Source: Eledone cirrhosa (taxonomy: Eukaryota). Taken from it: a stretch of 64,000 bases of DNA. Of this stretch, positions 1-11,632 are shown piece by piece. Numbering within the stretch: the first letter of the stretch is position 1; every line of letters starts with the position of its first letter. The position numbers and the translations under genes were made by a program. The notes beneath the pieces are model-generated. The model was given only the letters and a program-made list of their open reading frames with translations. It was not told the origin of the DNA and made no database searches. The DNA lies in assembly GCA_964016885.1 (NCBI GenBank), contig OZ024743.1, positions 94,860,001 to 94,924,000 of the forward strand, written 5' to 3'.

Positions 1-6
1 TTCATT

Positions 7-1386
7 TTGAACTCTTTGAGTCGGAAAATTCCTCAACTTCGCGGTGGAATTTATCGTGACGATGGACTCTTTACTATCCTAAATTGCAATATAGTTAACC
101 TTAATATTATTAAGAACAATATACGTAATTTCTTTAACCAACATAACCTAAAAATTGAATTTGATAACAGTATCAAACTAGCTAATTTCTTGGATGTATC
201 TCTTAATCTTGACACTGGCCTATATTACCCTTACCATAAAAACAATGAGAACCTTAATTATGTTAACTTTAAATCTAACCATCCTACCAATATCAAGAAT
301 GCTATAGTTAATAATATTGGAAAAAGAATATCTAACATATCTTCTAATAAAAACATCTTTGATGCTCACGCCAATTACTATAATAACGCACTTTCTAAAG
401 CCGGCTATCCAGATAAAATCAAATATAGTAAAGAAACAAATTCTAGAAAAACTTACAGTAGAATAATTAATCATGACCATTCCAAAAATTTTAATAAAAG
501 ACCTAGATACAAAAACATAATCTGGTATAATGCTCCTTTCTCCATCTCTATTAATAACAATATTCCTAAATTATTTTTTAATGCCTTAAATAAATGCTTC
601 CCTCCCTCACATATCTATAGTAAAATATTTAACAAACACACCATCAAATTTTCGTATTCTACATCCTCCAATATTTCTAACATCATCTCTAAACACAACA
701 ATAAAATACTAAATACTAAATCTCTTCCTTCCAATATTGAATTTCATAATAACAGTAATAGTACTCCCGACGTCATTGTAAACCCTAGGTTAACTTCTGT
801 AAACCCAAATACAACGTCAAACACAACTTCGCTAAATGTTCATAATCCAACTCTAAATCAAGAAACTATTATTCCTATTATTCCTATCGCAAACAACTTC
901 TCCAATCCAATTCCTTCTATAGATAACACTAGATCACTCATTAATAATCTCTCTAATTGCAACTGCCGCATTAAAAATAAATGTCCTCTCAACAACCATT
1001 GTCTCGATAAAAACTTAATTTATGAATGTAAAATTATAACTAGCACCAATTCCTTCACCTATTTTGGCTCCACTTCCACCTCTTTTAAAGCTCGTCTCTA
1101 TAATCATCATTCATCTTTCAAATACAAACTTAAAAGAACCAACACTGCTCTCTCAGAACTCATATGGTCCTTAAAAGACAAAAACATTAAATATACCATC
1201 TTTTGGAAGAAGATTTCTTCTGCATCCTCATACTTGAACAGCTCTCTATCTAAAATCTGTAATCTCTGCCTAAATGAAAAATTTACCATTATCTCTAACC
1301 TAGATTCTATAATAAATAGACGCACAGATTTGTTTTCTATCTGCCTGCATAAATTCCATAGAACTTTTCACAAAGTATACAGTTAA
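7..1386 (+). CDS. PLE reverse transcriptase C-terminal half + GIY-YIG endonuclease (open at 5' end)
   Basis: GGIYRDDGL catalytic motif, NFLDVSLNL..YYPYHK..YVNFKSNHP thumb region, CNCRIKNKCPLNNHC linker, LIYEC..TYFGST..FKARLYNH GIY-YIG, terminal CNLC..C.H. Confidence 0.9.
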   Translation: MNSLSRKIPQLRGGIYRDDGLFTILNCNIVNLNIIKNNIRNFFNQHNLKIEFDNSIKLANFLDVSLNLDTGLYYPYHKNNENLNYVNFKSNHPTNIKNAIVNNIGKRISNISSNKNIFDAHANYYNNALSKAGYPDKIKYSKETNSRKTYSRIINHDHSKNFNKRPRYKNIIWYNAPFSISINNNIPKLFFNALNKCFPPSHIYSKIFNKHTIKFSYSTSSNISNIISKHNNKILNTKSLPSNIEFHNNSNSTPDVIVNPRLTSVNPNTTSNTTSLNVHNPTLNQETIIPIIPIANNFSNPIPSIDNTRSLINNLSNCNCRIKNKCPLNNHCLDKNLIYECKIITSTNSFTYFGSTSTSFKARLYNHHSSFKYKLKRTNTALSELIWSLKDKNIKYTIFWKKISSASSYLNSSLSKICNLCLNEKFTIISNLDSIINRRTDLFSICLHKFHRTFHKVYS

Positions 1387-1896
1387 TATTCAATTCTTTA
1401 TCAATTTAGAATCTTTTCTCAAAGGCACATATACATACACCTCTTTAAAATATACCCATCTACCTTACTTTAAAGGGCATTATACACTCTATAATACTTG
1501 TTTACTCATTACCCTCATTCTATCTTCACCTTGTAAAATCATAACATATACATTTGTTGTTTTGACGTTAGAATATTCATCCGCAATCATTATTATTTTT
1601 TCTCTCTATCATAAATCTTTTTAATCTCAATTTCATCCTTAATTTATTATTTTTTTCTCCCCATCAACGAACTCATTATTAATACATATTAACTCTTTAT
1701 TCGCATATATTATCAATTCCTTCAATATACAAACTTTAACTTCACATTATTTTTCTCAAATCCTTCTACACACAAACCTTAATAATTTTTCTCTTCGTTA
1801 ATTTTGAAATTGCCACAATACATACATTTCTTTTTTTGACGTTAGAATATTCATCCACAATTATTATTTTTTCTCTCTATCTTCATACATAAATTC

Positions 1897-2305
1897 CCTT
1901 CGTTAATTTTCAAATTCCTTTAATTTATACATTATCTTCCAACGGTTCCCAACCTCTCTATGTTAAAACAATATATCTTTTTCTCAGTTATAAAAACTAT
2001 CTCTTTCTCTCTATCACCCATCTCTCCCTCTCCACCTTCACTCTCATCTCCTCCCCCTTTTTTTCATCCTTTCCACCCCCCATCCCTAAATAAAATATTT
2101 TTTCCTCGCACATATCCTCCCTTCGTTAATTTTCAAAATTTTTAATTTATACATTATCTTCCAACGGTTTTCAACCTCTCTATGTAAAACAATATATCTC
2201 CTCTCAGTTATAAAAACTATCTCTTTCTCTCTATCACCCATCTCTCCCTCTCATCTCCTTCCCTTTTCATCCTTTCCCCCCCCCTCTAAATAAAATATTT
2301 TTCCC
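1897..2305 (+). repeat. ~220-bp tandem duplication in PLE 3' region
   Basis: ccttcgttaattttcaaa...acattatcttccaacgg...taaataaaatatttt occurs at ~1897 and ~2120. Confidence 0.8.
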
Positions 2306-2397
2306 AATATCACACATCAATCTAAAACCACTTTTCATATGTTGATTTAAAACTGCACTATCCACAAGTGTTTTTTAGCCTTCATATCATGTTCTCC

Positions 2398-2468
2398 TGT
2401 TTTATCTGATGAAAACACAAATATTATTGCATGATGATGTTTGTTTTTGAAATGCGCATAATAAAATA
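2398..2468 (+). ncRNA. Type I hammerhead ribozyme motif
   Basis: TGTTTTAT-CTGATGA-stem II-GAAA-TGCGCA(palindrome)-TA-ATAAAATA. Confidence 0.8.
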
Positions 2469-2589
2469 CATGGAACTCCTTTAACCATCTTTTGATCTTA
2501 TATTATGCATACTCCAGTCCTACAAACTGTAGAGTGCTTCTTATCCGATATCTGCATTGCTTTATTGTACTACAATAAAACTCACCTCC

Positions 2590-2592
<3 letters not shown>

Positions 2593-2672
<80 letters not shown>

Positions 2673-3052
2673 ATATAATTACATATACATGTGTGTGTTT
2701 ATATTATATACGTGTACGTGTTTGTGTATGTATGTGTATGTACGTGTTTATGTATTTGTATATGTATATTTATGTGTGAGAGTGTGTGTATGTGTTTACT
2801 ATTTAGTACGTATGTATATGTGCTTTTGTGTGTATTACTTACCACGCGTGTCTGTCCTGTTAGCTGGGGCATGTATCGCTGTCAAAAATTTGTTAATATA
2901 TATTTATATATTTTTTTCTTATATTTATTTGCGTGTGTGAATATGTAGTGGAGTGCATTCATGTATGTGTATGTATGTACGTTGTATGTTTGTGTGAATG
3001 TATGTATGTGTATATATATGTGTGTGTGTATGTGTATGCTTGTACACACACA

Positions 3053-3118
<66 letters not shown>

Positions 3119-3144
3119 TGTATATATATGTGTGTGTGTATGTG

Positions 3145-3181
<37 letters not shown>

Positions 3182-3320
3182 ATGTATGAATGTATGTATG
3201 TGTATATGTGTGTATATATGTGTATGTGTGTGTAGGTGTACGTTTTATATATATATATATGTGTATATGTATATATGTATGCGTACATTTATATATATGT
3301 ATATATGTATGTGTGTGTAA
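2593..3320. repeat. (TA)n/(TG)n compound microsatellite
   Basis: direct reading. Confidence 0.95.
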
Positions 3321-3461
3321 GTATGCTTTTGTGTTTTTTTGTGTGTGTTTGCATGTGTAGTTTTATTTTATTTTTCCTTTCCTTCTCCCTTTTCCAGCCT
3401 CACTTTCATATAGATTGCATTTTTGTTTTTAGAATCCATATTCAATAAACAAACCAGGATT

Positions 3462-3521
3462 TTTCATTCTGAGGATTGAAAGCAAAACCTTTTGCTTTTA
3501 AGAAACCACTGGTAAATGGAA
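3462..3521 (+). ncRNA. Type I hammerhead ribozyme motif
   Basis: TTTCATT-CTGAGGA-TTGAAAGCAAAA/TTTTGCTTTTAA-GAAA-CCACTGG-TA-AATGGAA. Confidence 0.85.
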
Positions 3522-3617
3522 TAATTGCCTTATGTTGTTTATTACATAATAATAATAATTAAGCTCTGTTGCCTACATAGAGCACTCTTTTTTCCTGGAC
3601 TTTTCCGATGGAATTAC

Positions 3618-4001
<384 letters not shown>

Positions 4002-5094
4002 AGCAAAGGGATATTTAATTTGTTGGTAATTCAACAAATATATTTATAACAGATTCGAAGCAGTCGACAGATTTTCTGGAGTATAATATCAATGGTGGTA
4101 TTAATATAAACACATCTATCGACGTAGATAGTATCTAAATACATATATAATTGAAATTCTCATCCTTGAAAACATGTAATATAAAATACCTTATAATCTT
4201 ACATAAGATAATATATAATTTTCTCTACATACTTTCCGCATTTTCTAAGAAAATTATTCATCAAATCTAACATTAATAGTTTAACAAATAATATTGGAGT
4301 TATCTTTTCCTTTATAATTGAGCAAACATGGACATTTTGCATAACAACTTGTATGTTAAATTCTATGTAATTTCACTAACTTAATAATTTTCTGTAAATA
4401 ATTTCAAATTTTGATGAAACTATTTGAATGTACAAAATGTTCTTCTCTTAAATTTGAACTACGTCTTTTTTCTTAACTATATATTTAAAATGTAAACTCA
4501 ACATCCTTCGTAACTTATATTAGAAATGTAAACGAATTAATACGTGCGTTATATATCTATAAAAAATAACAGCATATAATCACCAATAATATTTATATTT
4601 ATATATTTATTAATCTATATAGATATTTATATATTTACAACCTGTTATAATATAATAAGATAAAATGTACTTACAACCATAATTCTTCATATAATTCTCA
4701 TTATAATGATTATATATATAGTATTATAACTCATGATTTAGTTCAATATTTTTTTAATTCTGGATTGATATTCCACCACTTCAACAAACATTTAATTTTT
4801 AACGTTTTAATTTTTAAATTCACGTACAATGTAATACTATTAATATAAGCTTCTCTTTCTTCTTCCCACATATATATATATATCCTAATAATTATTTAAA
4901 TCTACCTAGCGTCTAAAAATAACGATTTTTTTCAGCCCTACGCTTCAACTTCATTTGAATATTCATCAAAATAATTTGAAACATTTGTTTTTTCCTTTCT
5001 TCCCCTTTTCCTTCTTTCCTTTCACTGTCCAAACGGAACTTGAACTGTTAAGGTCTGATTCCTGGGTATGTCACTATTTATAAAACAAACTTTG

Positions 5095-5155
5095 TATTTT
5101 ATCTGATGAGAGCGTACCAAAGTTTTGGTACTCTTGAAATATATATAATAGAATA
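5095..5155 (+). ncRNA. Type I hammerhead ribozyme motif (same family as 43586)
   Basis: TATTTTAT-CTGATGA-..GTACCAAA/TTTGGTAC..-GAAA-TATATA-TA-ATAGAATA. Confidence 0.85.
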
Positions 5156-5287
5156 AATATGGTTTTATAAATATCGTTTCCATTTATTAATATCATTGAT
5201 ATATATATATATATATATTAGAAAATGATGTTTTTTTTTCACAAAATGAAAAAAAAAACGGGATGTGCTGCACGAGTGAAAGTATAA

Positions 5288-5628
<341 letters not shown>

Positions 5629-5777
5629 GAAAAATTAAAAAAATGTTCGCTCTACATGGCTGAATACAATAAATGTAATCTGAGTTTTTCGAATATTAAT
5701 AATAATATTCGATTCGTCACTATATATTTTAGAAAATATATATTTTCACTAGCTCTGACAGTTGGCAGGTGAACAGT

Positions 5778-5827
5778 GAACAGTACTGATGAAGAGTAAT
5801 GCCCAGAAACATTAGTGTCTGCAGTTC
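5778..5827 (+). ncRNA. Degenerate hammerhead motif
   Basis: GAACAGTA-CTGATGA-weak stem II-GAAA-CATTAGTG-TC-TGCAGTTC. Confidence 0.5.
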
Positions 5828-5980
5828 TGTTTACATGCCAACACAAGAGCAAGAATGAGGGGCTCATTCTATTGACATGGCTTTAAAAATGACGTTTGTT
5901 TGCATAATTGTAAACGAATCAAATATTATTGTTAATTTTGGAAAAACTCAGATTACATTTATTATATATATATATATATA

Positions 5981-6380
5981 AAGAAAAGACCCCTCAATCT
6001 TAAATGAAATAGGAAAGAAAACAACACAGCTAGAAAAAGGGACGGAAAAATATTAAGGAAATTTATTATAACAGAAAGGGAAATCACTGAGACTAACGAA
6101 TGCCTAAAATACTTTTTCTGTTAACAAAACTAGCAATTTCACTCCAAACCAAAGCGATTCTACCAGGAATTTAGTAGATGCAAAAAATAAAAGTAAATGT
6201 AGCCCCTAAGTTAAACATAGTGGAAGAGTTCTGGGGCAGATTGTGGGCTGCAGAGAAATCACTGCACACGGGATTAATAAAAACAACAAACACAGACCCT
6301 GAACAACTTTGGGAAGACATCACAGCAGATGAAAAAGCAAGCTACCAGAAGTCATCGGGATATGATAAACTCCCAAACTG
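5981..6380 (+). mobile_element. Decayed R4/Dong-like LINE internal fragment
   Basis: VEEFWGRLWAAEKSLH resembles VQEFWEKIWVEEKVHN of the element at 21111. Confidence 0.5.
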
Positions 6381-7254
6381 GCCAGGCCAGAGATGTCTGG
6401 AAGCTATTCATGGTCTCTAGGCCGAAACCCTCTGGAAAAGCTGGAGATGACGTAGCCTGACGTAGCCTCAACGCACTTTTGCGTATCATCAGACACGGCA
6501 TGCCCAGTCCCCCACGTAGCGGATATTGGCAGCAAATGGACCCCCTGGTGTGTCCCTTCCAAGAAAAGCGAAGAATAAACACGCCAGTGCAGTCAGACAG
6601 GGACTAGGACAAGGTACGACAGTCAGGCGGTAGTAGATGACGGACGCGATGAACGCGTTCAGCACCTCTTCCCGACCTTTCAAGGATAGCTTTCTCTATG
6701 TCGGTTTCTGGGTGAGAGTGCTCATTCTGCTCATTACCTCCTCTCAGCTTTTGTCCTTCTGGAGGTCCAGATCAAACCAAACCCCGAACAATTCAACCTG
6801 TCCGTCTATCCAGCTCCCGAAGACGCTGTTATACAGTATAGAGCTGCTTCTGCAGGTGTCGAGCTGCAGGCCCACCGACTTTTCCTGGTTAATGTTTGCT
6901 CCTGTTACCACTTCGTACTTCCTGAGAGCAGTTTTGCTGTTCGATACCACAACGGTGACGTCGATGACATATGCTGATGCGGGTCTCCCACATCCTAGTT
7001 CGCAAGGGGAGGCCCCTCAATGGCTCCTGAGTTAATACATACAAAAGGGACGAGAGGAGACGACCTTGGCAAACTGAGCGCATGTTGAACGGTTTCAAGA
7101 GTTAACCGTTCATTCGGACCACAGAGCAGATGTCTTTGTGTACTGCAGCGATGTAGCCTCCGAAAACGAGCCCGAAGCCAGCTACCTTGAGATCTGATGC
7201 CACGTGACAATGGTCGGCTCTATCGAGAACTTTCGATTGATCTAAGTTGATCCT
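6381..7254 (-). mobile_element. Decayed Tx1-clade LINE ORF2 (RT) fragment
   Basis: INLDQSKVLDRADH, SVCQG, ANAFIASVIYYRLTVVPCP; homologous to other Tx1 copies; internal deletions. Confidence 0.85.
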
Positions 7255-7554
7255 AAACATTATACACGACAAAAAAAGTACATTACTAGAAATTCCATAC
7301 GTTATGAAATAAATAGGATAGATTCGGGTCTCTATATGTAAACTAAACAACTAATTCTGGTTTAAAAATAAATGGTAACAACCAAGAAACAATACCGATT
7401 CCCTACCCCTATTATTAGGGACACGAGAGTAAAAGAATAAAAGATGCTCAAACACACGCACGTATATATATATATATATATAGAAAAAGAGATGAAATCG
7501 AAAATGCAACTGGAGTCTTATTTAAAAAAAATATATATATATATTTATTTGGTT

Positions 7555-7592
7555 CCTTTACCGGTTTCGCAGTTCTTCTGCTTTTCAAAAGG
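7555..7592 (-). ncRNA. Minimal hammerhead motif, U3-A8 core variant
   Basis: minus strand CCTT-TTGAAAA-GCAG/CTGC-GAAA-CCGG-TA-AAGG. Confidence 0.7.
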
Positions 7593-7726
7593 TGAGTTGA
7601 GATGGAGGGTCTGTGGTTTTTCTCACATCTGGTTGGTCTCTGAATGTTACTTGTTTTATATGGAAAAAGTGGCTCGAAATGCCAGGTTTTTCGAGAAGTA
7701 ATTTATATATATAGATTTTCGAGAAG

Positions 7727-7796
<70 letters not shown>

Positions 7797-8182
7797 TGCC
7801 CCCAGGTCATCGAGTATGGCCATTGCACGACAAAAAAAATCATAATAATAATAATTGTTTCTACTTTTGGCACAAGGCCAGAAATCATAATAATAATAAT
7901 AATGATAATAATAACAATAACAACAATAATAATGATTTCTTTATTAACCACAAGGGTTTACATAAAGTAGACATTAAGGACAATGCAGGACAATACAGGA
8001 CGGTACAAATGGGCATTTCTGCGTGTAAAAAACAGAAACAGAGGATGTAACAAAAATAACAATGAAAAATTCCCCAATAGGGGGGAGACTTCGGAGGGAC
8101 ATTTGTGGAGAAAGCCCAGTAAAAGGCCACAGTGACCCTGACCACCAAGGCAACTGCCCTCTCCCAGTTTTCCACTTTTAAT

Positions 8183-11100
8183 TTACAGATACGTACTCAG
8201 AGTAGGCCCATTCACTCGGGCCATTCTTGCTTCTCTCAAACATCTTTCAACAAAATGCTAGGAAGAGAGCACTTCCCTCTCTACTCTGATTTTCCTTTTC
8301 AAATGAAATTTGAAAAGTCAATCAGGGCATCACCGAAGAGGTAAGTGCTCGTCTTCAGCACTTTCAAACGTGTCCACCATACTATCTCTTTCGCCATGGC
8401 CACCAGACAGATAAAAACTGCCTGCCCTTCCCGGCTAAAGGAAGAAGGCGGGACAATCCTCACGATGGACTCAGATGATAGCCGGATCCGTCCTACACGC
8501 GACAGCAGGTGTTCGACATAAACCCACAAGTCAGCAATTTTCGGACACTGGACTAGTGCGTGCAGGACGGTTTCGTCGCCCTGCGCGCATCTCGGACATG
8601 CCCGGCTGACGGCACCTCCATGCCTGTAGAGTTTATCCCGAACTGGCAAGGCTCCTCGGTAGCACTGCCAGGCCAGAGATTTCTGGAAGTTGTCCATAGG
8701 TCCCGGCACGAAAGTTCTTCCGAAGAGATTGGCTAGTTGATTTTCGTCGACGCCTAGAGTTTCCCCAAGTACGTCGTAACTCTTCCCCTCCACTAATCTT
8801 CTATAGAACGTCGAGGTGGAGTTTCCACCGATCACATTGCCCGATTGGTCGAGGGCTGTGAGCGCCTGAAGACATTCCAGTCTCCAGGCGCTCCCTCTCG
8901 GTCTTCGCTTGACCCAGGACTGCAGCTCCGTCAAGGAGACGAGCTGGGGAAATACGTGTCGAGTAAACAGCGACCACACCTGATCACCGTCGAGGAAGAG
9001 GTGGAGATGTCGTAGCCTGAGCGCGTGTCTGCGCATCATCAGCCACGGCATTCCCAGCCCTCCACGTAGCGGGTATTGACAGCAGATGGACCGCCTGACC
9101 ATCGGAGCACGTCCCTTCCACAAAAAGCGAAAGAGCAAACGCTCCAGCGCAGTCAGAGGGGGCTTAGGACAAGGTACGACGGTCAGGCGGTAGCAGATGA
9201 CAGACGCGATGTACGCGTTAGCCACCTTCGCTCGACCTTTCAGGGATAGCTTCCTCTCCGCCCATTTCTGGGTGAGAGAAGCCACCCTGCTCGTCACCTC
9301 GTCCCAGTTTTTGTCCGTCTGGAGGTCCGGACCGAACCAGACCCCTAGCAATTTAACCGTCCGACGACGCTGTTGGACGGCATGGACCGGCCTCTCCAGG
9401 TGCCGAGCTGCATGCCCACTGACTTTTCCTGGTTGATCATTGCTCCTGTCACCGCTTCGTATTCTCTTAGTGTAGTGCCGATCGCCTCGATGTGTTTGGC
9501 GTTTGACACCACTACGGCGACATCGTCCGCATATCCTGACACGGATCTTCCGCATCCTAGTTCGCGCGGGACGCCCGTCAACGTCTCCAGTTTGTGCAGT
9601 AATGGCTCGAGAGTCAATACGTACAAGAGGGACGAGAGGGGACATCCTTGGCGGACCGAACGCATGATGTTGAATGGTTCCGAAAGGTGACCGTTCACTC
9701 TCACCACAGAGCAGATGTCGCTGTGCATGGCAGCGATCCAGCCTCTGAAGACGTGCCCAAAGCCAGCCGCCCTCAGGACTGCCGCTAGGTAACGATGGTC
9801 GACCCTATCGAAAGCTTTCGACTGATCTAAATTGATCAAGGACCCACCCGTGCCAGGTTCCCTAGCTACCCTCTCTACGATGTATCGCATGAGGTGGAGG
9901 TTGTCGTGGATGGATCTGTCGGGAATGACGCATGTCTGCGCCTCTCCCACCAGACCACCAACGACAAGCGTCAACCTCTTTGCTAGCACCTTGGCCAAAA
10001 TCTTGAACTCTGTGTTTAGCAGAGTTATGGGCCTGATATTATCTATGTTATCCCCCTTGTTCGGATCCTTTCTCAGCAGTGCCACCGTTCCTCGGCTCAC
10101 AGAGCTGGGAATTCTCCCGTTCTGTTGCCAGTTGCAGTAGACGTCCGCCAAGAGGCCTCCGAACAAGTCTGGCATCTGTACGTAAAGTTCATAGGGCAGA
10201 CCATCCAAACCAGGCGATTTACCCCTTGTGCAGCCAGTCATTGCCTCCCATACTTCAGCGGCTGTTATCGGCTTTTCGCAACACTCCGCCTCAGTGGCCA
10301 AGAGCCGCGGCAGTCCGTCGATGTAGACACTAAAGTCCATCCCTCGACCCGGCCCACCGCTGCCCACGTACAGCTGAGCGAAGTGTCGCTGAAAAGCTTC
10401 ACACATTTTCCCGGGATCGAGTAGCATGCGCCCGTCGTGGTCCACCAAAGACCGGATCGTGGCTTTGTTGCCACGACGCGCCTCCGCCACTCGGGCCCAT
10501 TGAACGGCTTTTGTCCCCTCGTGTCTGAGAGCACGCACCCTAGCTCTGAAAACGCAGCCTTTGTGCTTTGCATTGAAGAATTGGTCAAGGGCCAATTTCG
10601 CCGCAAGCACGTCGGTCGCGATGCCTTTGCTAAGCGCCTCGTCTAATTTTCTAACTAGTTCTCCCTCTGCTCTATTTTTCTCTATTGCTAAAGCCTTACT
10701 AAACCTAATGGATTCTATTCTAATCGCTCTTTTCAGAGCAAACCACCATTTGTTGTTGTCAAACCACCATTTGTTGTTGTCAACGCTCGCTTAACTAGTT
10801 CGCTAATCGGGTCTCTGTAGGCCTTGCGCGCTGGTAAGGACGCGTTTAGCTTCCAGTAGCCGGGTCCTCGTCTATGAAGCCTATCTAAATCAAGCACACA
10901 TATCACGATTTTGTGGTCCGTGTAGCTGACTATCTTGAATTGTGGACAGCCTATGCTAGACCTATCTATTTCCCTACAAAATACTCTATCTAGATATGAT
11001 CTGGATGACGCTATACGATTTGTCCAAGTCCACATTGGCACATTCTGGAAATCCAATCGGTTCCTGTCAGACAGTTCAAAAAGCCTGAACAGGTTGGTGA

Positions 11101-11593
11101 GGCTCTTGCACCCTCCTCCCCTATCCGCTAATCCCACACAGTCCCAGCGTGCATCTAAGATCCCGTTCCAGTCGCCCACTAACACTAAAGAGCGGGACGT
11201 TCCAAGAAAGGTCTCCAGACGTTGGAAGAAATCAGGCCGCCCTGCTCCTGTCGGGGCATAGACGGCCACTAGCCTGAAAGCTTGCCCGTCTCCGCTGGTC
11301 ACGTCCAGCACCACCAACTTACCCTCTGGGTCCAGGAAGATGACCCGTATGGCGAGATCCAAACCTTTCCGAAAAAGCACAGCAATGTTTGCCCCCGATC
11401 CAGGACGGCTGGGAGATGCGTACACATCGTAGCCGCCGAAGATCGGTGCGAAGTCCCGTGCTTCGGAGATTCTGGTCTCGCTGATGGCCACTACATCTAT
11501 GTTTAGTGACCTGAGGTCGTTGAGCAGGTGACCCTGCTTCCCTGACGACCCCAAGTCACGCGCATTTATGCTGCCTATTCTGAGTGAGGTCAT
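8183..11593 (-). pseudogene. Tx1 ORF2 (APE endonuclease, RT, CCHC), frameshifted
   Basis: IGSINAR, AISETR, AVYAPT, VGDWN, SYLDRVF, TDHK; KSPGLDGLPYE, RPITLLNTEFKI, LDQSKAFDRVDH, VRQGCPLS, YADD; CPRC..ETVLHALVQC. Confidence 0.95.
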
Positions 11594-11626
11594 GTTTAAA
11601 ATAGAGTGGAAAAGATGGGAAAGACC

Positions 11627-11632
11627 ACTTAC
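11627..11632 (-). promoter_or_regulatory. Candidate 5' splice site (GTAAGT) overlapping the ORF1 stop
   Basis: CG|GTAAGT, 33 nt upstream of ORF2 ATG; conserved at 17615, 28131, 49775. Confidence 0.55.

Larger units (their letters stand above)
1..2592 (+). mobile_element. Penelope-like retroelement (C-terminal GIY-YIG type, resembles Hydra clade), 5' part outside window
   Basis: RT/EN ORF 7-1386, AT-rich 3' region, hammerhead motif at 2398-2468, ends at a (TA)n tract. Confidence 0.85.

Noticed and set aside
9197-9690. Recurrent plus-strand ORFs beginning MTDAMYA.. in several Tx1 copies
   Set aside because: Antisense shadows of conserved ORF2 codons; lengths inconsistent between copies
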